Part shown: one piece after another, positions 24,005 through 32,527 of the stretch
Layout of the letters: the number at the start of each line of letters is the position of its first letter
How positions within the stretch are numbered: the stretch's first letter is position 1
IMG/VR virus record: IMGVR_UViG_3300045988_024033
Length of the DNA: 38,974 nucleotides
Direction: 5' to 3' (one strand)
From: a virus
Notes under the pieces: model-generated
Seen by the model: only the letters and a program-made list of their open reading frames with translations
Databases searched by the model: none
Told to the model about the DNA's origin: nothing
Made by a program: the position numbers and the translations under genes

Positions 24005-24261
24005 GACGTTACAGAATCAGCACAGAAAAGGTCCGGAAGCGATTAGATGGTTCGTTCATCTATTCGCTGGACGATGGCGACGTTACGATTGCCTGCCGTG
24101 ACAGGGAGGTTGCAATCTTCCAGAAGGGAAATGCGGTTCGTATGCCATTAGGGCAGCTCAAGTGGCTGCTTGATATGTGCGATGAGCACTACGACAATAT
24201 CAAGTTTGCGGTTGAAATGTACATGCTGGCGAATCGAGATGAGATAGGAACGATAGAATAG
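23995..24261 (+). CDS. Hypothetical protein (88 aa)
   Basis: The start overlaps the upstream gene, indicating operon continuity. Confidence 0.55.
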   Translation: MEMRRYRISTEKVRKRLDGSFIYSLDDGDVTIACRDREVAIFQKGNAVRMPLGQLKWLLDMCDEHYDNIKFAVEMYMLANRDEIGTIE

Positions 24262-24271
24262 GAGGTATCGA

Positions 24272-24709
24272 ATGACAGAATATGCACAAATTGCGGATGC
24301 AAGGCTCCGGAAGTTGGGCGAGGCGGAATGGGAAATCAAATCTTGTATGCAGCGGATAGAAGAACTGGAGAATGTAGCTCAATGTTGCGGGTCTTTGAAT
24401 ATCACCGACAAGGTGCAGAATTCTGTCACCGGTAACAAGATGGAGGAGGCTGTTGTTGAACTACTGGAAGAGCAGGAGCGATTAAGAACAGTTGCTTCTA
24501 ACTGGGTGCAGCTCAAAAGAGCTATAATATCAGAGCTTGAATCAATCGAGCCAACTTATAGAGACGTCTTGACACGAAGATACATTCTTAAGCAAAGCAC
24601 GGAAGAGGCGGCAAAAGAGTTGAACTACTCGGAATCGCACACCAAACGTCTTAAGAGGCAAGCACTGGAAAGCCTCGGAAGAGAAATTACAAATCATGAT
24701 ACCAAATAA
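24272..24709 (+). CDS. Late-gene transcriptional regulator (ArpU/RinA/sigma-70 region-4-like)
   Basis: YRDVLTRRYILKQSTEEAAKELNYSESHTKRLKRQALESL is a region-4 HTH. It is the last regulator-type gene upstream of the packaging module, separated from terS by the lipoprotein moron, ParB-DUF4417 and HExxH genes. Confidence 0.6.
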   Translation: MTEYAQIADARLRKLGEAEWEIKSCMQRIEELENVAQCCGSLNITDKVQNSVTGNKMEEAVVELLEEQERLRTVASNWVQLKRAIISELESIEPTYRDVLTRRYILKQSTEEAAKELNYSESHTKRLKRQALESLGREITNHDTK

Positions 24710-24788
24710 TACTTTCCTTTATGCTATTATGTATGTGGAACATAAGCAGTCCTTTCTCCAAGAATAAAATGAGGAATAGTCGGGAGCG

Positions 24789-24810
24789 ACCGCCGAAAGG
24801 CGGTTGTTTT
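24789..24810 (+). terminator. Rho-independent terminator after the regulator gene
   Basis: ACCGCC-GAAA-GGCGGT followed by TGTTTT. Confidence 0.65.
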
Positions 24811-24835
24811 CGTGTATGGAATTCTAAAAAACATG

Positions 24836-24864
24836 TGGCAATCAAAAGCAATCATTGGTATAAT
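24836..24864 (+). promoter_or_regulatory. Promoter of the lipoprotein moron
   Basis: TGGCAA (24836-24841) is followed after 17 nt by TATAAT (24859-24864), with TG at 24856-24857 (extended -10). Confidence 0.6.
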
Positions 24865-24903
24865 ACAATTGAATATTTCTTTTATACTCGAAAGGAGAAA
24901 ACA

Positions 24904-25317
24904 ATGAGAAAGAAAATTGTTGCACTGCTTATGGTTGCTATGGTTGCGACGTTAGCCGGATGTGGTTCTTCCGGAACGAAGGAAACAAAGAAGGCAGAAG
25001 AAAAGAAGCCAACCTATGAATCCGTCTACAAGGAGTACAGCCAGAAGATGAAGGATGCTACACCGGGTCTGATTGAAGAGTACAAGAAAGATGCTGAGGG
25101 TGTATCCGACATGAACAAGCTGGCAAACATCTGTACAAAGAAAACAGAGAAGCTGGCAAGCATCTGTACAAAGGGAGGAAAGAGACTTGCTTCAATCCAT
25201 CTAGAGGAAAAGGATGATGAAGAAAAGTATAATGAGTGGATGAACAAGCTGACTGATGTATATCAGGATGAAGCACAGAAGATAACCGATGCATACCAAG
25301 ACAGTGTGCTGGGATAG
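24904..25317 (+). CDS. Secreted lipoprotein (137 aa)
   Basis: The RBS AAAGGAGAAAA precedes ATG 24904. The signal peptide MRKKIVALLMVAMVATLAGC carries the LAGC lipobox. There is an internal 24-nt duplication (25117 and 25150). Confidence 0.8.
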   Translation: MRKKIVALLMVAMVATLAGCGSSGTKETKKAEEKKPTYESVYKEYSQKMKDATPGLIEEYKKDAEGVSDMNKLANICTKKTEKLASICTKGGKRLASIHLEEKDDEEKYNEWMNKLTDVYQDEAQKITDAYQDSVLG

Positions 25318-25365
25318 ACAGAATAATAGTCGGAGCGTAAAATCGTTCCGGCTATTTTATTTGGT

Positions 25366-25389
25366 ATCCGCCGGGAGGCGGATTTTTTT
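25366..25389 (+). terminator. Strong rho-independent terminator after the lipoprotein gene
   Basis: ATCCGCC-GGGA-GGCGGAT followed by TTTTTT. Confidence 0.85.
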
Positions 25390-25409
25390 ATGCAAAAAAT
25401 GGAGGGCAT

Positions 25410-26450
25410 ATGAATATCGAATATGTCAAGACCGGAAGCGTAAAGCCTTACGAAAAGAACCCACGAAGAAATGATGATTCTGTTGAGTTTGTGTCGAATT
25501 CAATTAAGGAATTCGGATTTCAGCAGCCGATTGTTGTTGATAAGGATATGGTTGTAATTGCAGGGCATACCAGACTGAAAGCGGCGAAAAAACTAAAGCT
25601 TAAAGAAGTTCCGGTGATAGTAGCTGACAACCTAACAGACGAACAAGCAAAAGCCTATAGGCTTGCAGATAACAAGGTTTCGGAATCGTCTGAATGGGAC
25701 TTTGAACTACTGGATGATGAGCTGAACCAGATTCTCAACATCGATATGGATGAGTTCGGATTCGACTTCACGGAAGATGAAGAGGATGAAGAGCCGGAAG
25801 AAAAACACAACGAAAGAGAACGGACCGGCAACGCTTACAACCTATCGGAGTATGACCGAGTCAATGCGGTGGGTGATTACGATATTCCACGGCTGGACCC
25901 GGTAGATTACGTCCCAAAGGACTTGATACCGTTCAATTACACGTTAACAAGCAATGAATATGACAGTGGGGTACACTTTTACGTTGATGATTACCAGTTC
26001 GAACGCATATGGAATTGCCCGGATGAGTACCTAGAGAAGATATCCAAGTTCGACTGCATGTTAACGCCGGATTTCAGCTTGTATATGGAAATGCCTATTG
26101 CGATGCAGATATGGAACACGTACCGGAGCAGGCTTATTGGTCAGATGGCACAAAGACGGGGGATAACCGTTATCCCAACGGTCAGTTGGTGCAGGGATAA
26201 CAGCTATGACTTCTGTTTCGATGGGTTGCCGGAGAGAGCTACACTGTCCATCTCGACCATCGGAATCAAGAAAGAAGATTATAACTTTGGCGTGTGGAAA
26301 GACGGAATGGATGAAATGCTGCTGAGATTGCAGCCGAAAAGGTTGTTGGTGTACGGCGGAAAAGTCCCATATGATTATGGCGACACAGAAGTTATCTATT
26401 ACAAAAATAAGACAACCGAACGAATGAAACAGAAGGGAGATGTGGTATAA
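25410..26450 (+). CDS. ParB-like nuclease domain protein fused to DUF4417
   Basis: The N-terminus is VKPYEKNPRRN...IAGHTRLKAAKKLKLKEVPV...AYRLADN. The C-terminus GVHFYVDDYQFERIWN...TPDFSLY is DUF4417-like. Confidence 0.8.
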   Translation: MNIEYVKTGSVKPYEKNPRRNDDSVEFVSNSIKEFGFQQPIVVDKDMVVIAGHTRLKAAKKLKLKEVPVIVADNLTDEQAKAYRLADNKVSESSEWDFELLDDELNQILNIDMDEFGFDFTEDEEDEEPEEKHNERERTGNAYNLSEYDRVNAVGDYDIPRLDPVDYVPKDLIPFNYTLTSNEYDSGVHFYVDDYQFERIWNCPDEYLEKISKFDCMLTPDFSLYMEMPIAMQIWNTYRSRLIGQMAQRRGITVIPTVSWCRDNSYDFCFDGLPERATLSISTIGIKKEDYNFGVWKDGMDEMLLRLQPKRLLVYGGKVPYDYGDTEVIYYKNKTTERMKQKGDVV

Positions 26451-26451
26451 T

Positions 26452-27084
26452 ATGGGTGGAAGAGGAGCATCAGAAAGCGGCAGATATTCCGGCGGCGGAA
26501 CATTAAACCCGGAAGACATAACAAGCATGGAAGACCTTGTCAGCATGAGAGAGGGACTACCGAGAGAAGTTGATGAAATGTTGTCAGTAGGAAAAGACGT
26601 ACACGATAAATACGGAGAAGATATCGGGAATTTGGGCGCCGCAACGATTAAGGAAGGTAAAGGCGGCGTTCTCGGATTCTTTGGCGATGATGAAATCGGA
26701 ATCAATAAGAAATTTTTGGATTCTAAGAAAATGGATAAAGTCATGGATGAATCAATCAAAGACGGCTTCCATCCGTCTAGGGGTAATAAAACAGGGTTGC
26801 AGGCAGTGGCAGCGCATGAATATGGTCACAAGCTGACGGAAGCAGCAGGAAGACGGCACGGAAAGTCACTGGATGCCATGGCAGACGATATCGTCAAGGA
26901 AGCAAGGCAAGCGACCGGTCATAGAGGTGTCGTTAAAATGGCATCCAAAATCAGCAGATATGCAACAGCAAGCAATGCGGAGGCAGTAGCGGAAGCGTTC
27001 GCCGATGTTTATTGTAACGGCGGAAGAGCCAAAAGGGAAAGTATCGCCATTGTAAACGCACTGGACAAGCGTTTTGGATTATAA
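26452..27084 (+). CDS. HExxH zincin-like protein (Gly-rich N-terminus, ATLF/MuF-accessory-like C-terminus)
   Basis: The product starts MGGRGASESGRYSGGG. AAHEYGHKL has its first His encoded at 26815. The C-terminus is ISRYATASNAEAVAEAFADVY. Confidence 0.45.
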   Translation: MGGRGASESGRYSGGGTLNPEDITSMEDLVSMREGLPREVDEMLSVGKDVHDKYGEDIGNLGAATIKEGKGGVLGFFGDDEIGINKKFLDSKKMDKVMDESIKDGFHPSRGNKTGLQAVAAHEYGHKLTEAAGRRHGKSLDAMADDIVKEARQATGHRGVVKMASKISRYATASNAEAVAEAFADVYCNGGRAKRESIAIVNALDKRFGL

Positions 27085-27095
27085 GGAGGTAAGAA

Positions 27096-27227
27096 ATGAA
27101 AAAGAACAGAGAAGTCACGTATTCGGAGCCGGTAGATTATATTCCTAAAGAGTTGCGGAAGAAATACAAAATCGGAGAGTTTGCCGATGAAGAGGACGAC
27201 GAAGAAGAGAAAAAGAAAAGCAAATAG
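27096..27227 (+). CDS. Small charged protein (43 aa), not in ORF track
   Basis: A strong AAGGAGG lies 6 nt before ATG 27096. The product is MKKNREVTYSEPVDYIPKELRKKYKIGEFADEEDDEEEKKKSK. Confidence 0.5.
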   Translation: MKKNREVTYSEPVDYIPKELRKKYKIGEFADEEDDEEEKKKSK

Positions 27228-27237
27228 TGAAACACTC

Positions 27238-27266
27238 AAAAGGGACTTCCAAATGGGGTCCCTTTT
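27238..27266 (+). terminator. Hairpin / weak terminator upstream of terS
   Basis: AAAAGGGAC-N11-GTCCCTTTT. It is part of a conserved intergenic element that also occurs at 8365 and 32341. Confidence 0.45.
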
Positions 27267-27299
27267 ATAATGCAATAAATAGGAAAGGAAATTAGACTA

Positions 27300-27710
27300 A
27301 TGGCAAATGAAGAAAATCTAAAGCCGCCAACCACGAGCGAAGCACGAAAAAGAGGGAAAAAAGGCGGCATCAAATCGGGTAAGGCACGAAAAGAGCGAAA
27401 GGCGATGAAAGAGACCGCCGAAATGATTCTAGGGCTTACCCTAAAGGATGGAACAGTAACCGACCTTGAAGATATTCAGAGCATGGCGGCAGCCAATGGA
27501 AAGAACATCACGGTTCAGGATGCAATCATCTTGAAGCAAGCACAGAAGGCGTTGAAAGGTGATATCAGAGCGGCTGAATTCATCAGGGATACCAGCGGAA
27601 ACAGACCGACCAACGAACAGAGAATGGATGTAGCCGTGGACAATGGATTTATTGAGGCGCTGAACGCTGCAGTTGAGGAAGTGGAGCAATGTTCAAGTGG
27701 CAGCCATTAA
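27300..27710 (+). CDS. terS: Terminase small subunit
   Basis: The basic N-terminus is NLKPPTTSEARKRGKKGGIKSGKARKERKAMKE. It lies immediately upstream of, and overlaps, terL. Confidence 0.7.
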   Translation: MANEENLKPPTTSEARKRGKKGGIKSGKARKERKAMKETAEMILGLTLKDGTVTDLEDIQSMAAANGKNITVQDAIILKQAQKALKGDIRAAEFIRDTSGNRPTNEQRMDVAVDNGFIEALNAAVEEVEQCSSGSH

Positions 27711-28948
27711 GCCCGAAACAGTTCAACATCTTCTCATGGTGGAATAGCGGTAGCAAGTATTCCGATATGGACGGAATCATTGCGGATGGTTCCATCCGTT
27801 CCGGAAAGACCGTAGCGATGGGAACAAGCTTCATCATGTGGGCGATGGAATCATTCGAGGGGGAGCAGTTCGCCATATGCGGTAAGACATTAGGAGCGCT
27901 AAGAAGAAATGTGCTGTCACCAATGCAGAATGTTTTACCGGATATGGGCTATGAGATATCAGAGAGCCGCCTCGAAAACAAATGGACGATTAGGCACGGA
28001 GACAACGTGAACACCTTCTACTTATTCGGAGGTAAAGACGAAAGCTCACAGAACCTTATTCAGGGCGTAACGCTTGCGGGGGTCCTATTCGATGAAGTGG
28101 CACTGATGCCGGAATCGTTCGTGAATCAGGCAACAGCACGTTGTTCTGTAGAGGGTTCGAAGTGGTGGTTTAACTGCAACCCGTCAACGCCGTTCCACTG
28201 GTTCAAGGTGAACTGGATAGACCGGAGGGAGGAAAAAAATCTTTTGTATCTGCATTTCGAATTGGACGACAACCGGAGCTTATCGGAGCACATCAAAGAC
28301 AGATACCGGAGCATGTATCAAGGCGTGTTCTATAGGCGCTATATCCTCGGTGAGTGGGTAGCAGCGGAGGGCATTATCTATGACATGTTCAACGAAGATA
28401 GGCACGTTACAAAAGAGAAATATAAGCCCGTGGGCGATGTTTACGTGTCGTGCGATTATGGAATACAGAATGCAACTGTTTTCCTTATGTGGGCGAAAAT
28501 AAAAGGCATATGGACATGTATTCGTGAGTATTGCTATTCAGGAAGGGCAAACCTAAAGCAAAAGACGGATGCAGAATTTGTGCAAGATATGAAGATGTGG
28601 CTAGACGGCACGATACCGAAAAGGATTATCGTTGACCCGTCAGCCACTTCTTTTATTGCCGAACTCAGGAAGAACGGTTACACGGTCAAGCGTGGCATGA
28701 ACGACGTACTGGACGGAATACGGTACACTTCAACCGCACTTGGTAGGGGAGAACTGATGTTCGTTTCTGATTGCGTGAATACCATTCGGGAGTTTCATTC
28801 TTACATGTGGGATTTAAAGTCAGCGGATGCCGGAGAGGATAGACCACTGAAAGAGCATGACCACTGCATGGATGCGATGCGATATTTCACTTATACAATC
28901 ATGCGACAAGAAAAAGTTAAAGTTAAGGGATTCAAAGAGGGAATCTAA
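27689..28948 (+). CDS. terL: Terminase large subunit (PBSX/Terminase_3-like)
   Basis: The Walker A motif is ADGSIRSGKT. It also has LFDEVALM and a C-terminal nuclease region with HDHCMDAMRY. Confidence 0.95.
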   Translation: MFKWQPLSPKQFNIFSWWNSGSKYSDMDGIIADGSIRSGKTVAMGTSFIMWAMESFEGEQFAICGKTLGALRRNVLSPMQNVLPDMGYEISESRLENKWTIRHGDNVNTFYLFGGKDESSQNLIQGVTLAGVLFDEVALMPESFVNQATARCSVEGSKWWFNCNPSTPFHWFKVNWIDRREEKNLLYLHFELDDNRSLSEHIKDRYRSMYQGVFYRRYILGEWVAAEGIIYDMFNEDRHVTKEKYKPVGDVYVSCDYGIQNATVFLMWAKIKGIWTCIREYCYSGRANLKQKTDAEFVQDMKMWLDGTIPKRIIVDPSATSFIAELRKNGYTVKRGMNDVLDGIRYTSTALGRGELMFVSDCVNTIREFHSYMWDLKSADAGEDRPLKEHDHCMDAMRYFTYTIMRQEKVKVKGFKEGI

Positions 28949-30366
28949 TGTACAGCAAAAGACCATATGAATTACCAAAGCCAATCACGGCGGACCCGTC
29001 AATTCTGGAGCGCATCACGCCGCAATTGATTGAGGGGTACATCAATAAGCACGAGAGCAAATTCAAGCGCTATGAATACCTCGAAAACCTTTACAAGGGG
29101 TTTCATGACGTATTTAGACAACCGGAAAAGGAGAACTGGAAGCCCGACAACAGACTGGCGGTAAACTTCCCTAGGTACATCACAGACACATTTCTGGGGT
29201 ATGCCTACGGCGTGCCTATTAAGTGCACTGCACCGGAAGACTCAGACGATGAACGGCTGGCAGAATTCTACCGGAACAACGAAATGAACGACCACGACTC
29301 GGAAATGGCGAAAATGTGCTGCATCTACGGGCACGCTTGGGAATTCTTTTATCAGGATGAAGAGACCAATACAAAAGTAGTCGCCTATAATCCGAAAGAA
29401 CTTTTTTGCATTTTCGATGATACAGTGCAGCGCCGGGCACTGATGATGGTTCTGTATGGGCGGCACACGGTGGACGGCGTGAACAATGGCGTGCTTTACG
29501 GTCTTGCAGCCACGGCAGACACGCTTTATTACTTTGATAACGGGAAATTCGTTGATAGAAAAGAGAATCCATATAGCTTAATTCCTTGCGATGAGTGGAG
29601 ACTTAACGAGGAGCGCATCGGACTTTTCGAGGGCGTGGCTGGACTGGTGGAGACGTACAACAGGACGCTGGGAGAAAAGGCAAATGATGTTGATACTTTT
29701 GCGGAGGCTTATTTGGCTGTCATTGGGTCCGAACTGGACGATGAGGACGTTTACCGCATCCGGGACAACCGAATCATTAACCTTTACGGCACGGACAACG
29801 CAAGGGATATTTTGGTTCAGTTCTTGACCAAACCAACGGCAGACGGCACACAAGAAAATCTGCTGAACCGACTTGAAAATCTGATATATCAAATTTCTAT
29901 GGTTGCGAACATCTCAGACGAACAGTTCGGAAACGCAAGCTCCGGTGTAGCTTTGGCTTACAAGTTACAGGCGATGAGCAATCTCGCCGTGACATTCGAC
30001 CGGAAGATAGAAAAGAGTCTCAGGAAGCGTTTCAAGATATGGTCAAGCTTATCAACCAACGTGGCTGACAGAGAGGTTTGGCGTGATATCGATATCAAGT
30101 TTACCCGGAATCTTCCAAAGAATCTGCAAGAGGAAGCACAGACCGCTTCACAGCTTGAAGGTATCGTATCGAAGGAAACGCAGCTATCCGTGCTCTCCAT
30201 CGTTCCGGACGTGAAGAAGGAAATTGAAAAGATGGAAGAGGAAGAAAAGGAGCAGATGCAGCAGTTGAGCATGTATCAGCAGACCATGGGGGCAGTAAAT
30301 GGCGAGAACAACGCAGGAAATATTTCTGGCGAAAACGAAGGAGAACCGGGACTACTGGAGAAGTAG
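28948..30366 (+). CDS. Portal protein (SPP1 gp6-like)
   Basis: It is 472 aa and lies directly after terL with a TAATG overlap. The C-terminus is acidic. Confidence 0.85.
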   Translation: MYSKRPYELPKPITADPSILERITPQLIEGYINKHESKFKRYEYLENLYKGFHDVFRQPEKENWKPDNRLAVNFPRYITDTFLGYAYGVPIKCTAPEDSDDERLAEFYRNNEMNDHDSEMAKMCCIYGHAWEFFYQDEETNTKVVAYNPKELFCIFDDTVQRRALMMVLYGRHTVDGVNNGVLYGLAATADTLYYFDNGKFVDRKENPYSLIPCDEWRLNEERIGLFEGVAGLVETYNRTLGEKANDVDTFAEAYLAVIGSELDDEDVYRIRDNRIINLYGTDNARDILVQFLTKPTADGTQENLLNRLENLIYQISMVANISDEQFGNASSGVALAYKLQAMSNLAVTFDRKIEKSLRKRFKIWSSLSTNVADREVWRDIDIKFTRNLPKNLQEEAQTASQLEGIVSKETQLSVLSIVPDVKKEIEKMEEEEKEQMQQLSMYQQTMGAVNGENNAGNISGENEGEPGLLEK

Positions 30367-31831
30367 AGAGGACCGGCAGGCGGTTGTAAACGAGCATACG
30401 ATGAAAAACATCGATGCCGAAATTCAGAAGATTTACGAGCGGATGGTCCCGGAAATCCAAAAGGAAATTGAATCGTTCTATCAGAGGTACGCCGATAAAG
30501 AGGGAATCAGCCTAGCGGAAGCCAAAAAGAGAGTGTCGAAGTTCGATGTAAGGGCTTTTGAGGCAAGGGCTGCAAAAATGGTCAAGGAACGTGATTTCAG
30601 TGACGAAGCAAACGAGCTTATGCGGCTGTACAATGCGACCATGCGGATTAATCGGCTGGAGCTTTTAAAGGCGGATATCGGCTTGCATATGATAGACGGG
30701 TTCGACGACCTCGAAAAGCTGACCGGCGAAAAGCTGACCGAGGAAGCTGTGAAGGAGTTCGAGCGGCAAGCGGGAATCTTAGGGAATGGCGTTAAAGGTG
30801 CATCCGAAAGAGCTAAAAGCCTAGTGGGGCAGTCCTTCATGAACGCCACATTCAGCGAACGCATATGGAGCAATCAGGAAGCCTTGAGAAACAAGCTATC
30901 CACGATACTCACAAAGGGCTTGATTGGTGGTAAGAGCTATCAGAGCCTAGCGGCGGAGATTCGGAAGGATTTCAATGTATCGGCAATGGAAGCAAAGCGC
31001 CTAGTTCGAACTGAAATGGTCCGTGTTCAGACACAAGCTCAGATTGATTCGTACAAGGCGAACGGATGGGAAGAATTCGAATTCCTAGCATACGGCACGG
31101 CATCGTGTGAAATCTGCAACTCCTTAAACAAAAAGCATTTCAAAATATCGGAATTTCAACCGGCAGAGAATGCGCCGCCTATGCATCCGAATTGCAGATG
31201 TAGGACGGCACCGTATGAGGATGAAGGAGAATATCAGAAATGGTTAGATTCATTCGAAAAGGAAGCAAGCGGAAAAAGTGCAGGCAATGGGGAGGACGGA
31301 AGCGGCACAATAACGAGAAGGGTAAAGAAGATTGACTTCTCAAACGTTAGTGCTATCATGAACTTGTTAACCCAATCAAAAGATTATTATCAAAACCTTC
31401 CGAATGAGTATGACGTCACCATTACGGCAACTGGAAATGTATATCTATCAAAGGGACTCCATGGAGGAGTGAAGCCGAAGATTGACGAGGATAGAACTGG
31501 CGCCTTCTCTTATCACAACCATCCACCGAAAGAAACGAACTTCTCATTTAGTGGAGAGGATGTTAGAGACTTTATAAAAAATAAAGAAGCCTTTATGATG
31601 GCATCTGATTACAAGTACCAGTACACCTTAAAACGGCGTAAAGATACGAAAGACATTAACTACAAAGAAGTAATGAGTATGCATAAAGAAGCATACAAAA
31701 AGGCTTTAGACAATCTAAAAAAGCGTGGAAAATCCATAGAAGATATTGACGAAGAGCTGTTTAATGAATCCATGAATATCTTATCCAAGGAGTTGAATTT
31801 AGAATATGAGCGTACATTACAAAGCAGATAA
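30299..31831 (+). CDS. Head morphogenesis protein (MuF / SPP1 gp7 family) with about 200-aa non-MuF C-terminal extension
   Basis: CEICNSLNKKHFKISEFQPAENAPPMHPNCRCRTAPY is the MuF signature. The extension contains SYHNHPPKETNFSFSGEDV. A start at 30299 overlaps the portal gene by 68 nt; the alternative is 30401. Confidence 0.8.
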   Translation: MARTTQEIFLAKTKENRDYWRSREDRQAVVNEHTMKNIDAEIQKIYERMVPEIQKEIESFYQRYADKEGISLAEAKKRVSKFDVRAFEARAAKMVKERDFSDEANELMRLYNATMRINRLELLKADIGLHMIDGFDDLEKLTGEKLTEEAVKEFERQAGILGNGVKGASERAKSLVGQSFMNATFSERIWSNQEALRNKLSTILTKGLIGGKSYQSLAAEIRKDFNVSAMEAKRLVRTEMVRVQTQAQIDSYKANGWEEFEFLAYGTASCEICNSLNKKHFKISEFQPAENAPPMHPNCRCRTAPYEDEGEYQKWLDSFEKEASGKSAGNGEDGSGTITRRVKKIDFSNVSAIMNLLTQSKDYYQNLPNEYDVTITATGNVYLSKGLHGGVKPKIDEDRTGAFSYHNHPPKETNFSFSGEDVRDFIKNKEAFMMASDYKYQYTLKRRKDTKDINYKEVMSMHKEAYKKALDNLKKRGKSIEDIDEELFNESMNILSKELNLEYERTLQSR

Positions 31832-32057
31832 AACTCATCCGGACTATAAAGAATATGAAGCAGAATTAGATGTTCTGACAGAAAGGACACGCAAGAATTT
31901 AGATGAGATAGATATAGAAAACGAGTACGACAAACAGCTAAACGCTATCCATCGGAAACTAATGAAAGAATGGAAAGCCGTTCAAGAAAAATACAAGCAA
32001 ATATTCACGATACCTTATACACAGGATGATGAGGAGAAAAACCATGGCGAAAGATGA
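31806..32057 (+). CDS. Hypothetical helical acidic protein (83 aa)
   Basis: It overlaps the MuF 3' end by 26 nt. The RBS spacing is poor. It lies in an AT-richer region. Confidence 0.45.
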   Translation: MSVHYKADKTHPDYKEYEAELDVLTERTRKNLDEIDIENEYDKQLNAIHRKLMKEWKAVQEKYKQIFTIPYTQDDEEKNHGER

Positions 32058-32340
32058 TATCAATGTAATCATGTACAAGATTCTTAAATACTTTTACACA
32101 TGCATGAAGGCGGGCGTGAAACCCGTCCCGGAAGAAATGATTGACTTTTTGGATATCCCGGAGCTGTACGGGAAAACGGTTATGCACGGCTTGCACGAAA
32201 AGGGATTCATTGACCGGGCAGGAATCACGATTGACGGAATGCGCTTCATGGATTCGGATTCTGGAATGAATGAAGTGGATGAGTTTTTAGGTGAATCGTT
32301 TGGAATCGTTCTAGACAACTCAATCGCACTACAGAAGTAG
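32044..32340 (+). CDS. YjcQ-like winged-helix protein (98 aa)
   Basis: GAGGAG lies 7 nt before ATG 32044. INVIMYKILKYFYTCMKAG...HGLHEKGFIDRAGITIDG resembles the YjcQ family. Confidence 0.45.
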   Translation: MAKDDINVIMYKILKYFYTCMKAGVKPVPEEMIDFLDIPELYGKTVMHGLHEKGFIDRAGITIDGMRFMDSDSGMNEVDEFLGESFGIVLDNSIALQK

Positions 32341-32408
32341 TCTCAAAACGCATTTTAAAGCTCTCCAACAGCTTTAAAATGTAAGCTCAATAAATTATAC
32401 CTTTGAAG

Positions 32409-32437
32409 AAAAATCGCTCATTGCAGGGCGATTTTTT
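32409..32437 (+). terminator. Rho-independent terminator before the scaffold gene
   Basis: AAAAATCGC-N10-GCGATTTTT plus an extra T. Confidence 0.65.
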
Positions 32438-32527
32438 ATATACCCTTTTTCGGGTGTGTCCAAGCATTCACGACATTAAACTGTATGGATTATCGAGCAT
32501 TGTGATGTAAAACAAATGGAGGAAATT

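Noticed and set aside
26061-26759. 232-aa minus-strand ORF
   Set aside because: It runs antisense to the ParB-DUF4417 and HExxH genes. The product is Ser/Pro-rich and there is no RBS.
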